A stretch of DNA of 61,510 bases, counting the filler, from Jimgerdemannia flammicorona (lineage: Eukaryota), in NCBI GenBank assembly GCA_003990765.1. It is 3 parts of 3 records of this genome, joined end to end, with 100 filler letters (N's around TTAATTAATTAA, not from the genome) between each part and the next. Parts side by side here need not be neighbours in the genome. Positions count along the whole stretch, not along the records: positions 20,540 to 40,977 come from RBNJ01001685.1; 2 more parts are not named here. One strand, given 5' to 3'. Positions 27,092-40,501 of this stretch are shown here, one piece after another (the first letter of the stretch is position 1; every line of letters begins with the position of its first letter). The translations under genes were made by a program, and so were the position numbers. The notes beneath the pieces are model-generated. The model searched no databases. It saw only the letters and a list, made by a program, of their open reading frames with translations, and was not told where the DNA came from.

Positions 27092-29190
27092 CAATCAATA
27101 CAAAATAAATAATTCAATATACTCTCAATAATAAAAGAAAACAACCTTTCTCCAGTAATATTCAGGTAACTCAAACTTCAGACAATACTTCCAACAATAT
27201 TTTGATAAAAAGGTTCTAATATTATAGTGAGTAACAAGCTTTCAGAAAATCATACAGTACAGGTCAGCTCTAGGACCTTTGACTGGCAGTATGTAGAGTA
27301 GAGACAAGGTGCAGGCTTTGGGATGCCTAGTGTCTCTCTGAGGGAGAGAGGGGCTGAAGTTGATAGAAGAGGTGGAATGAGATAGTAGAGAAATAGACAG
27401 TTGACCTTTACTAATAAGGTCAAGATGAGAGCTCAGACAAAGAGACTGAAGAGATAGCTAGACCTGAAGAAGGAGAAAGCAGCTACTGGAAAGAAGAAGG
27501 GAGGTCCTCTGGTGTGCCAGTATAGTAGGACAGATAGTGTAGTAGCTAGGGGAGTGACTAATGATAGAAGTATGATAGGCAATCTGGAAAAAAATCTAAA
27601 TAGTCTGACAGATGATATAATGGACCTGGTAGTGGCTCTATTGCCCCAGAGGTCAAACTCAAAGTTCACAGCTATCTTGTGCTTTTGGAGCTTAGAAGTA
27701 ATAGCAAAAATAGTTCTAGGAAGCAGGTGAGTAGAGCAGTATCCATGAAGTTTCTGAAGGGATTGGAAGGAGAGGAAGTGGGCTTTGAAGAGGCAGGGAT
27801 ATTAGAGAATATATTGTAGACTAGGCTGACTGTTGAAGAGGTATATGTTTTAATTGTGTACTGCTTGAGATTAGACCCCAGGGTGGTACAATTGTTGATA
27901 AAAGTGGTACTCATGATAATAGCTATGGATATAAGGAGGAGAGTCAAGGAAGTCATGGCTAAGTTTAGAGAGAAAGTAGATATTGAGTTTCAGATCCAGG
28001 AAGGGATCTTATTCAAAAGTGGAGATATTTATGTCTGGATTCAGTTAGTAGAGAAGAAAGCTACCAAAAAGGCTATAGATTAGCCTTGGGAAATGAGGGT
28101 AAAGGGGAGTAAAGAAGAGGAGGAGAATTTACTAGAGATACTGGAGGAGCTGAGTGGAGTAGTATAGTAGAGAGTGAAGGCTTGAAAAATATATATAGAG
28201 TCAATATATTTGGAAGTAGTAGATGGAAAGTAGATCCACATAGACAAGAGGTAGGGAGAAAGGTCTTAAGGATATAAGAGGTAGAGAGAGCTGCTGACAA
28301 AGCTAGAGAGTAGAGTAAAGAAGAATACTGATGAAACTGAAAATATAGGGAATATCAAAGTGAGTGTCTGAGCTGGTGAAGTAGGAGAGAATATAGAGAA
28401 GGAGAAGTGACCAAAGAGGTAGCTAGCAATGATCTGTATATAGATAGTATATTTGGAATCTAGAAGGACACCTCTCACCTTATTAGATAGCCTTGAGGAG
28501 CCAGGTTGAGGAGAATATACCTATGTATGGGGCTCAGCAGGTATACTTTGGAGTTTCAGAGATAGCAAAAGAGTGATAGATAATAGTAGCTAGTAAAGAT
28601 GAACTAGTAGATATCCCAGAGGAGGAGTGAGATTTAGATATAGAAAGGCTGGCTACTCTGGGAAGAAAGGATATGGGAAACTCACTATGGATTTGCTAGA
28701 TAATGAATAACTTTATAGCTAAAGAGTTGAGAGAAGAAGACCTAAGAGTGATGAGTGATGAATATTGGTCATAGATTTTGTATAGCAATAGAGTAGTGGA
28801 GGTACTGAAAGAGATACTGTAATTTTTCTAGAAGAGAAAGAGTATAAGATTGATAAGAAGAGAGAGACTGAGTTAGTAGCTGTAGCTAGTGAGCAGGCCA
28901 CCTTCTGTTGGGCAGAGCATCATAGCTACCAACACTGGGGAGGCAGGAGACCAAAGGAATGGTGGCGGAGGCACTGGGGGCATTTGGTGAGATGGTTGAC
29001 TGATTAAAGCTTTAACAGGAGGCCTGTTTAGAGTATTATAAGAACTTTAAGAAAAAGAAGAATAGTGAACTTACTGATCTATTAGTTAGATTGGAGAATA
29101 AGAGGCTTAAAGAGAAGGAGGTGAATATTGAATATAATCTGAACTTAGTATAGGAGATGATGAATATAGAGCAATAGAGGATATGCTTGA
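27091..29190 (-). mobile_element. RT-less telomeric partner element, copy B (extreme 3' end lost at the L1 insertion)
   Basis: Collinear with 21840-24800 (TTLGSNLKQYTIKT); 27109-27133 aataattcaatatactctcaataata matches the LINE 3' UTR aataattcaatgcgctctcaacaacg (~30573). Confidence 0.65.
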
Positions 29191-30253
29191 TACGAGCTCC
29201 ATTCTCCTCTACCTTACCAGTCACAAGGTTTGGTAGGTGACCTTCCGAGTCCCCTTTCCCCTATTATTACCCCCTCTACCTCAGGTTGGTTTGCTGTGCC
29301 TGCAGGGGCATGGTGGGAGGAGGGCAATGGTGATGAGTTGCCCCTTTATCAGTGCCGGATCGGTGTCTTCTCTACTTTTTCGTAGTTTCTGGTGTCTTCG
29401 GCTGCATCTGGAGTGTATCCGTTTTGGTGCAGCACCTTCTTCCTTTTGCTGTTGCCAACAAGGTGCTGTCTCGGTGTATCTCAGGCTACATAGGGAGTCG
29501 GCCGACCTTGGGCATCAAGTGCTCAGTGTAGGTTACCTGCAGGTCCTCGGTGCCTATAGTGGGGCCCTCTGGCTTTGGCGAGCTTCCCGGCGAGTGTGGT
29601 TCTGGCGTAGGTGACTGTTTTTTGGGTGATGTCAGGTTGGGAGGGGAGATGGCTATCACAGATAGGTGGAAAGGCAATTACGGTGAACCAGTGGGGTGCC
29701 AGGCTGGGAGCGGTCATTGGGGCTCGGGCGGACAATATTTCGGTGGGGCCTTTCAATTGGCTGGTGGAGGGTGGGGTGGTGCAGAGGCCGGCGTTCTGGC
29801 TGTACCCAACTGGAACCGGGAGCTGATGCGGCAACGTGATCAAGGCCTGCAGGCTTGGGGAGTGGGGTCTTCCTCATTTGGCAGTACCCAACTGGAACCG
29901 GGAGCTGACATGGTAACATGATCAAGGCCCGCAGGTTCGGGGAGTGGGAGTGGGGTCTCTTTAGGCCCTAGTCCATGTATAAGTCCTTTGAGGAAGGTGC
30001 TGCATATACGTCCTTTACTCACCCGCTTTGAATCTACTTTGCTCTCTGTTGGTTGGTTGGGGGGTTTTTTCTTTGCCTCGGGCTTTCTTTTGGGGTTCGG
30101 GGGGCTATTCTTTATTCAGTCCCAGTGCTGCTAGATCTGACGCGTAGGTGTGCTCTCGCGTGTAAACGATGATCCAGCCCTAGTGAGCAGACAAGTCTAG
30201 TCTATATCGTGGGGGTCGACATAGCCGGTATTTGACAGGCATAGCTGGAGCGG
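29190..30253 (+). mobile_element. Third copy of the ~1 kb retroposon family (divergent 3' half, cut off by a telomeric tail)
   Basis: 29209-29760 is highly similar to 23660-24210; internal repeats caactggaaccgggagctga. Confidence 0.75.
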
Positions 30254-30661
30254 TAGGGTTAGGGTTAGGCTTCAAGTAAGAATTTATTCATTGTAGAGAA
30301 GACAAGTGACATCGGAGCAACAAAAGACAAAGACTCCTAAGATGAGAAAAGCAAAACAAGACCAGCGAAGTAAACAACTAGCTATAAAGTACAAACAAGG
30401 GCCAGGGAGGTGACCACCCTATGGACGGGCTGGATAAAACCATTTTGTCATGGCCGTAGGGATAATGAATGCAAAAAGCAGAGAAAAGAAAGACTAAAGT
30501 ATAATACACATTCGCCCGGCGCCTACTACAAGAACAATCGTCAACCAAACACCAAACGACTGACATGAAATGAATAATTCAATGCGCTCTCAACAACGGT
30601 GGGAACCAACCAGGGTGAATGAGGGGAAAGAAAGAAATAAAGAAAATATGCAATCGCTCGA

Positions 30662-33600
30662 TCACCCAAGCATCTTCGTAATCTCGGTTAGGTAGAACCC
30701 GACCGCGAGGTGGCCACCAGAATTACACATTGCGTCGATAGCATGGTAGGCTGTCTCGTGAAGAGCGTGAAGAGGGTAGGCGCGAAGTTCCTCCTGCCAT
30801 TCGTCACTGGTAAACCAGTCGAGCTGTTCATCTTGATCTGAAGAACCTCAGAAAGCAGAATACGAACTGTCGAGAAGACCGCACCTGAGGAGATGGCCAC
30901 GATGAAACTTATCTCCACAGGGGCAGGGGCGGGGTTGGCCAAAATAGCCATAGCGCCAGGCGAGGGCAGAACACACAAGCCGGGGGGGGAAGGAGAGGAT
31001 GCGATCAGTGCCCCACGACCATAAATGGCCTTTGGGGGTAATGTACCGAATGAGAGTCTGGGAGGAGGAGGCCCATTCCTGCAACAGCTGATCCCGGAGG
31101 AAGGACTGGAGGAAGGAGCGGAGCGAGCGAGTCTTGCGGACCTGGGGACGGAGGTCTCAGTACCAGTCGAGGAAGTCAAGCCAGGAGGTCCAACGCCGGA
31201 ATTTGTCAATAATAGAACCCGGGGGACGCGTGACAAAGCGCTCGCTAAGAGGGCCGATGGGGTTGTTGCCCGACTTGCTACACCAATCCAGGTGGGCTTG
31301 GAACATGCAGCAGAGGTCAGACGTACGACGAAGGAAGGAAGGGAGGCCGAGAATCGAACTGCCGAGCAAGGGACGGCCAGAAAATCCAACCTCCCAGGTG
31401 ACAGCGTCATCAAAGACCTGCTTGGGACGCTTCAACGCCTGAAGCCCCGTGGTAGTAGCTGGACAGGAAGCTCGTAGAAGGGGGAGGCCATACTCCAGCT
31501 GAGGCCTGATGAAAGTTTGTACGATGGCCAGCTTGACCATTGGTGACCAGAGGGGACTACGGGCACGGCAGAACCCAAGAGTTCGTTCCGCCTTCGCCGC
31601 ATTCTGTAACGCCAGGTTGACAAAGTCAAACCCTTTGTTGGTGTACGGCATGCCCAGGTACACGTAGGAGGTGGGTTGCAGGCAGGGTTCGCCCCCAATC
31701 AGCACAGTACAGTCAGCAGGGCCAACATAACTACACTTCTTGGGATTGAGCTCCATACCGTTCACCCGGAGCCAATCTTCGCAGAAATCAACCATCCTTT
31801 GCCCTTCCGCGGCAGTGCGGGGGGTGAGGGCGATATCATCAGTAAAGAAGAGCCCGAGGGGAAAGTTGTACTCCTTGAACTGCTCATCAAAGGAGGCGGC
31901 AAGGGGATCGATAAAGACATCAAAGAGCTAGGGGGAGAGGAGGGAGCCCTGGAAAAGGCTGCACTCAGTGGGGACCGAAGGGGTGACGAGGCCATTAACA
32001 ACCACCTGGTAGAAACAGTGGTTAAACAGGCTTCGGATAATACTAAGGAGGGCCGCATCGGCACCTCACGCCTCAAGGCGGGAAAGAATGCGCTTGAGGG
32101 GGACTCAATCGTAAGTCTGCCAGAGGTCCAAGAAGACATAGTGGCCCCATCCCTTAGCCCACGTCTCGTGTTATAACAGGACATGAGAAAGGGACGAGAA
32201 GTGGGTTCGGAAGCCGCCTTGGCAGCGCGACATTTCTGTCAGGCCACTTCGGCTCTTGACGTATCCTTCCAAACACTGCTCGAAGAGTCTACGAAACATT
32301 TCAGTCAGAGCAATAGGGCGAAATCCATCGATCGTATGCGATTCCTCCTTCTTGGGGACCAGGGTGATGATGGCTGAGTTCTAGTGGCGAGGAGTGAGCC
32401 CCCAGACCACACACATCTGGAAGAAGAACGAGAGGGCTTTCGAAAGGCTACAGGGGGCGTCCTTCTCACCCGCCATCATCTGAAGGATCCGGACGTGCAA
32501 GGAGTTGGCACCACATGCCTTAGAGAGGGGGTAGCTGCAGACAGCACTCCAAACCGCAGGTTGGTCAAACCAAGACTGCAGCCCAAGAGCGCCCACGCCA
32601 AGTGGGAAGACATCTTCAGAGTCATCGAGACGAAGGGAGGCATCTGGCTGGCTGAAGATAGTGGTAAAGTGAGCAACCACGTCATCGAATACAGGGACAT
32701 TGAGGGAGCGAGACTGAAGGGGTGCGGAGGGGGTGGAGCGATACGCTCGCTTAAAACCACAGATGGCATCGGAGACCGAAGATGCACTGCGGAGGAGGTC
32801 ATGCCTAGGGAGCAGCGCTGCTCTGATTTCTCTTGTATCATACGAGCCAAGAATGTCCTCACAGACAGACTGCAGACCAGAGGTCAAAAGAGCATCAAGG
32901 GAATCCACAAACTGCTGGCGATCATCCACAGAGCGAAAGCCAGCGATATGGTCCCTAACAGAGTAGATAGACTTGATAACGGTATCGCAAATAATATCCG
33001 CTGATTCCCGAAGGTGAGCTTGAATGATCGGGTCAGTCAGGTATCTCGCAGAGTAACAACGGACGCCAGCCAAGGCAGCAACTGGCGAGGGGGAGAAGGG
33101 GAAGGAGACAGTGAGGAGGGAGGGGAGATCGGTAGCGACAGGAGGAGTGGAGCAGGTGAGGGACGTGTGGAGGGACGTGGTGGTGAATGCGTGGTCAACG
33201 AGTGTGGATCCAGCCACTGGGGTCAGGTGGTTCAACAACCACGTCATCAAGGAGGTGTCGACGACATCCATCCGATCGCGAGGACCAGAGTTGACGTCAC
33301 CAAGGCGGGCACCGAAATGGGTATTGATGTCACCGATCAAGAGGGCCTTACCCGGGAAGGGTCCAGACACTAGATCACGGAAACCACCAATGGGAAGAGA
33401 GGGGGGGGCGTAAACCCCAACCAAAGCCAGGCCCTGGAACATGAGCCGGATATGGAAGGGGTCGGCAGAGGACTCGGAAATGAGGGGGGCGAAACGGTTT
33501 GACACAAGGACCACGAGACCACCATTCTGGTGACCCACGATTCTGTGCGACGCCGGAGGGGAGGACATGTGAATGAGCGGAGAGGGATGCAGTGGGATGT

Positions 33601-33709
33601 GCCACGTTTCACATACGAAAATAACATCGAGGGCAGGACCAATCAACCGACTGAGCACATCGAACTTGTCCTGGGGTAGTCCGTGTGCATTGAGGAATCC
33701 GACTCTCAT
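30662..33709 (-). pseudogene. LINE copy 1 ORF2: APE endonuclease + reverse transcriptase + C-terminal CCHC-like motif (~1015 codons, a few stops/frameshifts)
   Basis: MRVGFLNAHGL, FVCETW, GDIN, VDHAF (APE); QGGFR, QGSLLSP, FTDD (FADD in copy 2), LNPKKC, YVYLGM, FIRPQLEYG (RT); CPCGDKFHRGHLLRC. Confidence 0.92.
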
Positions 33710-35204
33710 TGGGGGCTAGGTGCGTTAGCGCCAACAGCGTGGGAAGCACCTGAGGCAGAAGCTTCAGCTTCCAAATCCATCGCCATGTCACCCATCACAG
33801 CCACAGTACCACCTGCCTTCAAAGCAGGGCCGGCCATCGGGGAGGCGAAGGAGGGGAGGGTGAGGCCGAGTTCTGCGGCACATGCTCTGTAGAAGGTCTG
33901 TACCTCAGGCCTCTTCGTAGTGGCTTCGCCTGTCAACTACCGGACCTGAGCATGGAATGATTGGAGAACCTATGTCTTCACGGCCTCCGTGGCGTTCTTG
34001 TTGTGTGGGAGTATAGGGTCCTAGGCCGACAGCACCGAGAACCCAAGCGCCTTCATCTTCTTTTGGAACGCCGTGACATAATCAGGGCAGAGAAGAAATT
34101 CGATGGTCGATGCCGAAACATACAACATGTTGAGGACCTTTGACAACATCACATGGACATCATACAAGTTCTTCCGGATTTGCCCGATCTTCAGATGGGC
34201 GAATCCGTCAATGTAGACGTGCTGCAGCCTAGCGCCCTTCTCAGTCGGCAACAAATGAGAGGTCGGCTTGCGGGTTATGCGTGAAAGGGCGGTGGCAGCA
34301 GCTGCCCTTTCCATCTTGGGGTAGGCCTGGGTCCTATCTTTGATAGAGACCTTCTTGGCGGCGGCGGCGTACGATTTGGGGGGGGCGGGGGTCGAAGCGG
34401 GGGATGAAGACGGACCGGCGGCACTGGGTCCCACAGGCGTAGCCTGGGGCACTGGCCCGGGAGCCTTGGCCTTGTCCTTTTTAGGGGGCGCAGCTTTAGC
34501 AGCCGGAGGTGCAGCCGTGGGAGTTACCTCCTTTGGCAGCGCACCAGACTGCGACGCAGCGGCTTTAGCGGCCCGCTTATCTACTCGCTTCTGGGCCTTC
34601 GACCGCGTGTTCGCGGCAGGACCAGTAGGAGGGGGGGCCGAGGACTTGGGGGGGGCAGGTGTGGATGGGGCAATGGGGGTACTTCCCGAAGGAGCACCAG
34701 ATGTTGAGGGGGCGGTGGGCGCATGATGCGCAGCAAGCTGCGCCATCAGCTGGGCGTTGATCTTGGCCAGATCGGCTACTTGAGTCAGAAGATCTGAGAT
34801 CTGCTTCCTTATCATGGCCATCTCTATGACCAGATCGGGTTCGGCTGAGGGGCCTGCACGATTGGCCGTTGGGGTCATTCCCAAACTAGTGTTCAGGCGA
34901 CCACGCTTGTTCTGGTTGAGGGGCGGGGGTGTGGGAGAATAGTTGATGTGCTGGGTATCGTGGTCCGAATCGGAAGAGATCGCAATCTCTTCGTCATCTT
35001 CCGCGTCGCACAGAGAAGATAAATATGCCGATATCGGTCGTGCATCCCGCACGACCTGCACATCACCATAAGGCTACCCTCGCCGAAGCCAAGGGAAAGG
35101 AGACCGATGCCGTGACATTCAGCGCAGCGGAGCGAGGTGCCGAAGCGCGCGAAAAGTTGGGTGGCGTTGCCGTCATCGCCGACGACGGAGGAGGTGGCCG
35201 ACAT
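33706..35204 (-). pseudogene. LINE copy 1 ORF1 (gag-like; CxxC..CxxC, coiled coil, Pro/Ala linker, C-terminal domain)
   Basis: ORF pieces 34893-35204, 34021-35061 and 33706-33936 join after one 1-bp frameshift and nonsense changes; the stop overlaps the ORF2 start (ATGA). Confidence 0.8.
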
Positions 35205-35821
35205 TGCCGAAATAGGCAGAGGTGTGTTTGTTTGTTTTTTTGAAATTGAGAAACATGGGTCACATGACCTTTGTTTGTATAACGAAAAAATAATGTTTAA
35301 GGGGGGTATTTATATCTGATGAGAGGCTTAGCTAATCAAAGTGACTGCTTTCTTAATTTGGAATAGCTTCGGGCCGTAAAGCCGAGTCTAACCAAATGGG
35401 GAAATCACATGAGTGGTTAGGGTTAGGCTTCAAGTAAGGATTTATTCATTGTAGAGAAGACAAGGTACATCGGAGTAACAAAAGACAAAGACTCCTAAGA
35501 TGAGAAAAGCAAAACAAGGCCAGCGGAGCAACAGCTAGCTAGGAAGTACAAAACAAAGGCCAAAGAGGTGACCACCCTATGGACGGGCTGGATAAAACCA
35601 TTTTGTCACAGCCGTAGAGATAATAAATGCAAAAAGCAAAGAAAAGAAGGGCTAAGATATAATATACATTCGCCCAGCACCAACTACAGGAACTGTATCG
35701 ACAACTAAAACACCAAACGACTGACAGGAAATGAATAATTCAATGCGCTCTCAACAACGGGAGAACCAACCAGAGCGAATGAGGGGAAAGAAAGAAGTAA
35801 AGAAAATGTGCGATCGCTTGA

Positions 35822-38800
35822 TCACCCAAGCATCTTCGTAATCTCGGTCAGGCAGAACCCAACCGCGAGGTGGCCACCAGAATTATACATGGTGTCTATG
35901 GTGTGGTAGGCGGTTTCGTGAAGAGCGTGAAGAGGGTAGGCACGAAGTTCCTCCTGCCATTCGTCACCGGTAAACTAGTTGAGCTATTCTTCTCAATCTA
36001 GAGAACCTCGGAAAGCAGAATACGAACCGTCGAGAAGACCGCACCTGAGGAGATGGTCATGATGAAACTTATCTCCACAGGGGCAGGGGCGGGGTTGGCC
36101 AAAATAGCCATAATGCCAAGCGAGAGCACAACGCACAAGCCGGGGGGGGAAGGAGAGGACACGGTCGGCTCCTCATGACCGCAAGCAGCCTTTGGAGGTG
36201 ATGTACCGAACGAGAGCCTGGGAAGAGGAGGCCCATTCCTGCAGCAGCTGATCCTGAAGGAAGGACTGAAGGAAGGAGCGGAGCGAGCAAGTCTTGCGGA
36301 CCTGGGGACGGAGGTCCCAGTACCAGTCGAGGAAGTCAAGCCAAGAGGTCCAACGCCGGAACTTGTCAATGATAGAACCCGGGGGACGCGTGACAAAGTG
36401 CTCGCTAAGGGGACTGATGGGGTTGTTGCCCGACTTGCTACACCAATCCAGATGGGCTTGGAACATGCAGCAGAGTTCAGACATACGACGAAGGAAGGTA
36501 GGGAGGCCAAGAATCGAACTGCCAAGCAAGGGCCGGCCAGAAAATCCAACTGCCCAAGCGACAGCATCATCAAAGACCTGCTTGGGACGCTTCAACACCT
36601 GAAGCCCCGTGGTAGTAGCCAGATAGGAAGCACGTAGAAGGGGAAGGCCATATTCCAGCTGAGGCCTGATGAACATTTGTACGATGGCCAACTTGACCAT
36701 TGGCGACCAGAGGGGACCACGGGCGCGGCAGAAACCAAGAGTACGTTCCGCCTTCGCCGCATTCTACAACGCTAGGTTGACAAAGTCAAACCCTTTGTTG
36801 GTGTACGGCATGCCCAGGTACACATAGGAGGTGGGTCGCAGGCAGGGTTCGCCCCCAATCAGCACAGTACAGTCGGCTGGGCCAACATAACTACACTTCT
36901 TGGGATTGAGCTCCATACCATTCGCCCGAAGCCAATCTTCACAAAAATCGACCATCCTTTGCCCTTCCGCGGCAGTGCGGGGGTAAGGGCGATGTCATCG
37001 GCAAAGAAAAGCCCGAGGGGAAGTCGTACTCCTTGAACTGATCATCAAAGGAGGTGGCGAGAGGATCGATAAAGACATCAAACAGCCAAGGGGAGAGGAG
37101 AGAGCCCTGAAAGAGGCCATGCTCAGTGGGGACCGAAGGGGTGACGAGGCTATTAACAACCACCTGATAAGAACAGTGGTTGAACAAGCTTCGAATAATG
37201 CTAAGGAGGGCCACATCGGCACCTTGCGCCTCAAGGCGAGAAAGAATGCACTTGAGGGGGACTCGGTCGTACACCTGCCGGAGGTCCAAAAAGACACGGC
37301 GGCCCCATCCTTTAGCCCACGTCTCGTGCGAAAGCAAGACATGAGATAGGAATGAGAAGCGGGTTCGGAAGCCACCTTGGCAGCGCGACATTTCTGTCAG
37401 GCCACTTCGGCTCTTGACATATCCTTCCAAACACCGCTCGAAGAGTCTACGAAACATTTCAGTCAGAGATAGGGCGAAATCCATCGATCGTATGCGATTC
37501 CTCCTTCTTGGGGACCGGGGTGATGATGGCTGAGTTCCAGCGGTGGGGAGTGAGCCCCCAGATCATGCACATCTGGAAGTAGAATGAGAGGGCTTTCGAA
37601 AGGCTACAAGGGGCATCCTTCTCACCCGCCATCACCCGAAGGATCCAGACATGCAAGGAGTCAGCACCACACGCCTTTGAGAGGGGGTAGCTGCGGATAG
37701 CTCTCCAAACTACAGGCTGGTCAAACCAAGACTGCAGCCCAAGAGCTCCCATGCCAAGGGGGAAGACGTCCTCAGAGTCATCGAGACGGAGGGAGGCGTT
37801 CGGCTGCCCGAAGATAGTGGTAAAGTGAACAACCACATCATCGAACACCGGGACGTTGGGGGAGCGAGATTGGAGGGGGGCGGAGGGGGTGGAGTGATAT
37901 GCTCGCTTGAAACCACGAATGGCATCAGAGACTGAAGATGCACTGCGAAGGAGGTCCCGCCTAGGAAGCGGCGCTGCCCTGATTTCTCTTGCATCATACG
38001 AGCCAAGAATGTCCTCGCAGACTGACTGTAGACCAGAGGTCAAAAGGGCGTCAAGGGAATCTACAAACTGCTGGCGATCTTCCATGGAGCGAAAGCTGGC
38101 AATGTGGTCCCTGACAGAGTAGATGGACCTAATAACGGTATCGCAGATGATATCTGCTGATTCCCGAAGGTGGGCTTGGACGACCGAGTCGGTCAGGTAT
38201 CTCGCAGAGTAATGACGGACACCTGCCAAGGCAGCAACCGGCGAGGGAGAGAAGGGAAAGGAGATGGTAAGGAGGGAGGGGTAGTCGGTAGCGACAGGAG
38301 GGGTGGAGCAGGTGAGGGACGCATGGAGGGACGCGGTGGCGAATGCATGATCAACGTGTGTAGATCCAGCCACCGGGGTCAGGTGGTTCAATGACCACGT
38401 CATCAGGGAGGTGTCAATGACATCCATCCGGTCGCGAGGACCAGAGTTGACGTCACCAAGATGGGCACTGAAGCGGGTATTGATGTCACCGATCAAAAGG
38501 GCCTTACCCGGGAAGGGTCCAGACACCAGATCACGGAAGCCACCAATGGGAAGAGAGGGGGGGGCGTAAACCCCAACCAAAGCCAAGCACTGGAATATGA
38601 GCCACATATGGAAGGGGTTGGCAGAGGACCCGGAAACAAGGGGGGCGAAACGGTTTGACACAAGAACCACAAGACCACCATTCTGGTGACCCACGATTCT
38701 GTGCGATGCTGGGGAGAGGACATGTGAACGAGCGGAGAGGGACGCAGCGGAATGTGCCACGTTTCACATACGAAAAGAACGTCGAGGGCAGGACCAATCA

Positions 38801-38864
38801 ACTGACTGAGCACATTGAACTTGTCCTGAATTAGTCCGTGTGCATTGAGGAACCCAACTCTCAT
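35822..38864 (-). pseudogene. LINE copy 2 ORF2 (APE-RT, frameshifted)
   Basis: Same motifs as copy 1, including FRPIS, QGGFR, FLDLRQVYDRV, QGSLLSP and FADD. Confidence 0.9.
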
Positions 38865-40298
38865 TGTGGGCCGGGTGCGTTAGCACCACCAGCGTGAGAA
38901 GCACCTGAGGCAGAAGCTTCAGCTTCCAAATTCATCGCCATATCGCCCGTCATGGCCACAGTACCACCCACCTTCGAAGCAGGGCTGGCCAATGGGGGGG
39001 CGAGGGAGGGAAGGGTGAGGCCGAGTTCCGCGGCCCATGCCTTGTAGAAGGTCTGCACCTCAGGCCTCTTCGCAGTGGCTTCGCCTGCCAACTGCCGGAC
39101 CCGAGCATGGAAGGATTGGAGTACCGGTGTTTTCACGGCCTCTATGGCATTCTTGTTGCGTGGGAGGGCAGGGTCCCAGGCCGAAAGCACTGAGAACCCG
39201 AGTGCCTTCATCTTCTTTTGGAATGCCGTGACATAATCAGGGCAGAGCAGGAATTCGATGGTCGACGCCGAGACGTACGACATGTTGAGAACTTTTGACA
39301 ACATCATATGGACGTCGTACAAGTTCTTCTGGATCTGCCTGATCTTAAGATGGGCAAATCCATCGATGTAAACGCGCTGCAGCCTAGCACCCTTCTCAGT
39401 CGGCGACAAATGAGAGGTCGGCTTGCGAGTCATGCGCGAGAGGGCGGCTGCGGCAGCAGCCCTTTTTGTCTCAGGGTATGTCTGGGTCCTATCTTTGATA
39501 GAAACCTTCTTGGCGGCGGTGGGTCCTGCAGGCGTAACCTGGGGCACTGGTCCAGGGCCTTAGCTTCGCCCTTTTTAGGGGGCGCGGCTTTGGCGGCCGG
39601 GGGTACAGCTGTGGGAGTTGCCTCCTTTGGCGGTGCACCAGACTGCGACGCGGTGACTTTAGCAGCCCGCTTATCCGCTCGCTTCTGGGCCTTCGACCAC
39701 GTGTTCGCGGCAGGACCAGTAGGAGGGGGGGCCGAGGACTTGGGGGGGGCGGATGTGGAAGGGGCGGCGGGGGTACCTCCCAAGGAGGTACTATACAGCA
39801 ATGAAGTCGGGGCGGCTGACCTTTCGGCAAGCTGTGCCATGAGTTGGGCGTTGATCTTGGCCAGTTCGGCCACTTGAGTTAGCAGATCCGAGATCTGCTT
39901 CCTCATCGCGGCCATCTCCGTGACCAAATCGGGGTCGGCTGAGGGGCCCGCATGACTGGCCATCGGGGTCATTCCCAAACTAGTGTTCGGGCGACCACGC
40001 TTGTTCCGATTGAGGGGCGGGGGCGTGGGAGAGTAATTTTAGCGCTGGGTGTCGTGGTCTGAATCAGACGAGATCGCAATCTCTTCGTCATCTTCCGCAT
40101 CGTGCAGGGAAGATAAATATGCCGATATTGGTCGTACATCCCCGCACGACTGCACATCGCCATAAGGCTACCCTTGCCGAAGCTGAGGGAGAGGAGACCG
40201 ATGCCGCGACATTTGGCGCAGCGGAGCGAGGCACTGAAGCGCACGAAGAGATAGATGGCAGTGCCGTCATTGCTGATGACGGAGGAGGAGGCCGACAT
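38861..40298 (-). pseudogene. LINE copy 2 ORF1 (frameshifted)
   Basis: MSASSSVIS...RCAKCRG; RKQISDLLTQVAELAKINAQL; RLQRVYIDGFAHLK; ATGA overlap with ORF2. Confidence 0.8.
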
Positions 40299-40350
40299 TG
40301 CCGAAATAGGCGGAGGTAGGTTTGTTTCTTTGGTTGAAATTGTGAAACGC

Positions 40351-40364
40351 GGGTCACGTGACCC
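40351..40364. promoter_or_regulatory. Perfect palindrome GGGTCACGTGACCC (E-box/Cbf1-type site) in the LINE 5' UTR; TATAAATA ~35 nt upstream on the - strand
   Basis: Seen directly; copy 1 has the CpG-decayed version gggtcacatgacct at ~35257. Confidence 0.45.
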
Positions 40365-40501
40365 TTGTTTGTGCAACGAAAAAATAATGGGAAGGGGTAT
40401 TTATACCCGATGAGAGGCTTAGCTAATGAAAGTGACTGCTTTCTTAATTTGAAATAGTTTCGGGCCGTTAAGCCGAGTCTAGCCAAATGGGGAAATCACA
40501 T

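Larger units (their letters stand above)
30254..35411 (-). mobile_element. Full-length telomere-repeat-tailed non-LTR retrotransposon (APE-RT LINE), copy 1
   Basis: Two ORFs, 3' UTR with AATAAA, tail CCTAACCCTAACCCTA (30254-30269); 5' end coincides with that of copy 2. Confidence 0.92.

Noticed and set aside
35316..35405. Hammerhead ribozyme (CTGATGAG...GAAA) near the LINE 5' end
   Set aside because: Antisense to the element, no convincing stems, and copy 2 reads CCGATGAG.
31025..39877. Many long GC-rich plus-strand or alternative-frame ORFs in the LINE array
   Set aside because: They overlap ORF1/ORF2 and are expected shadows in GC-rich coding DNA.
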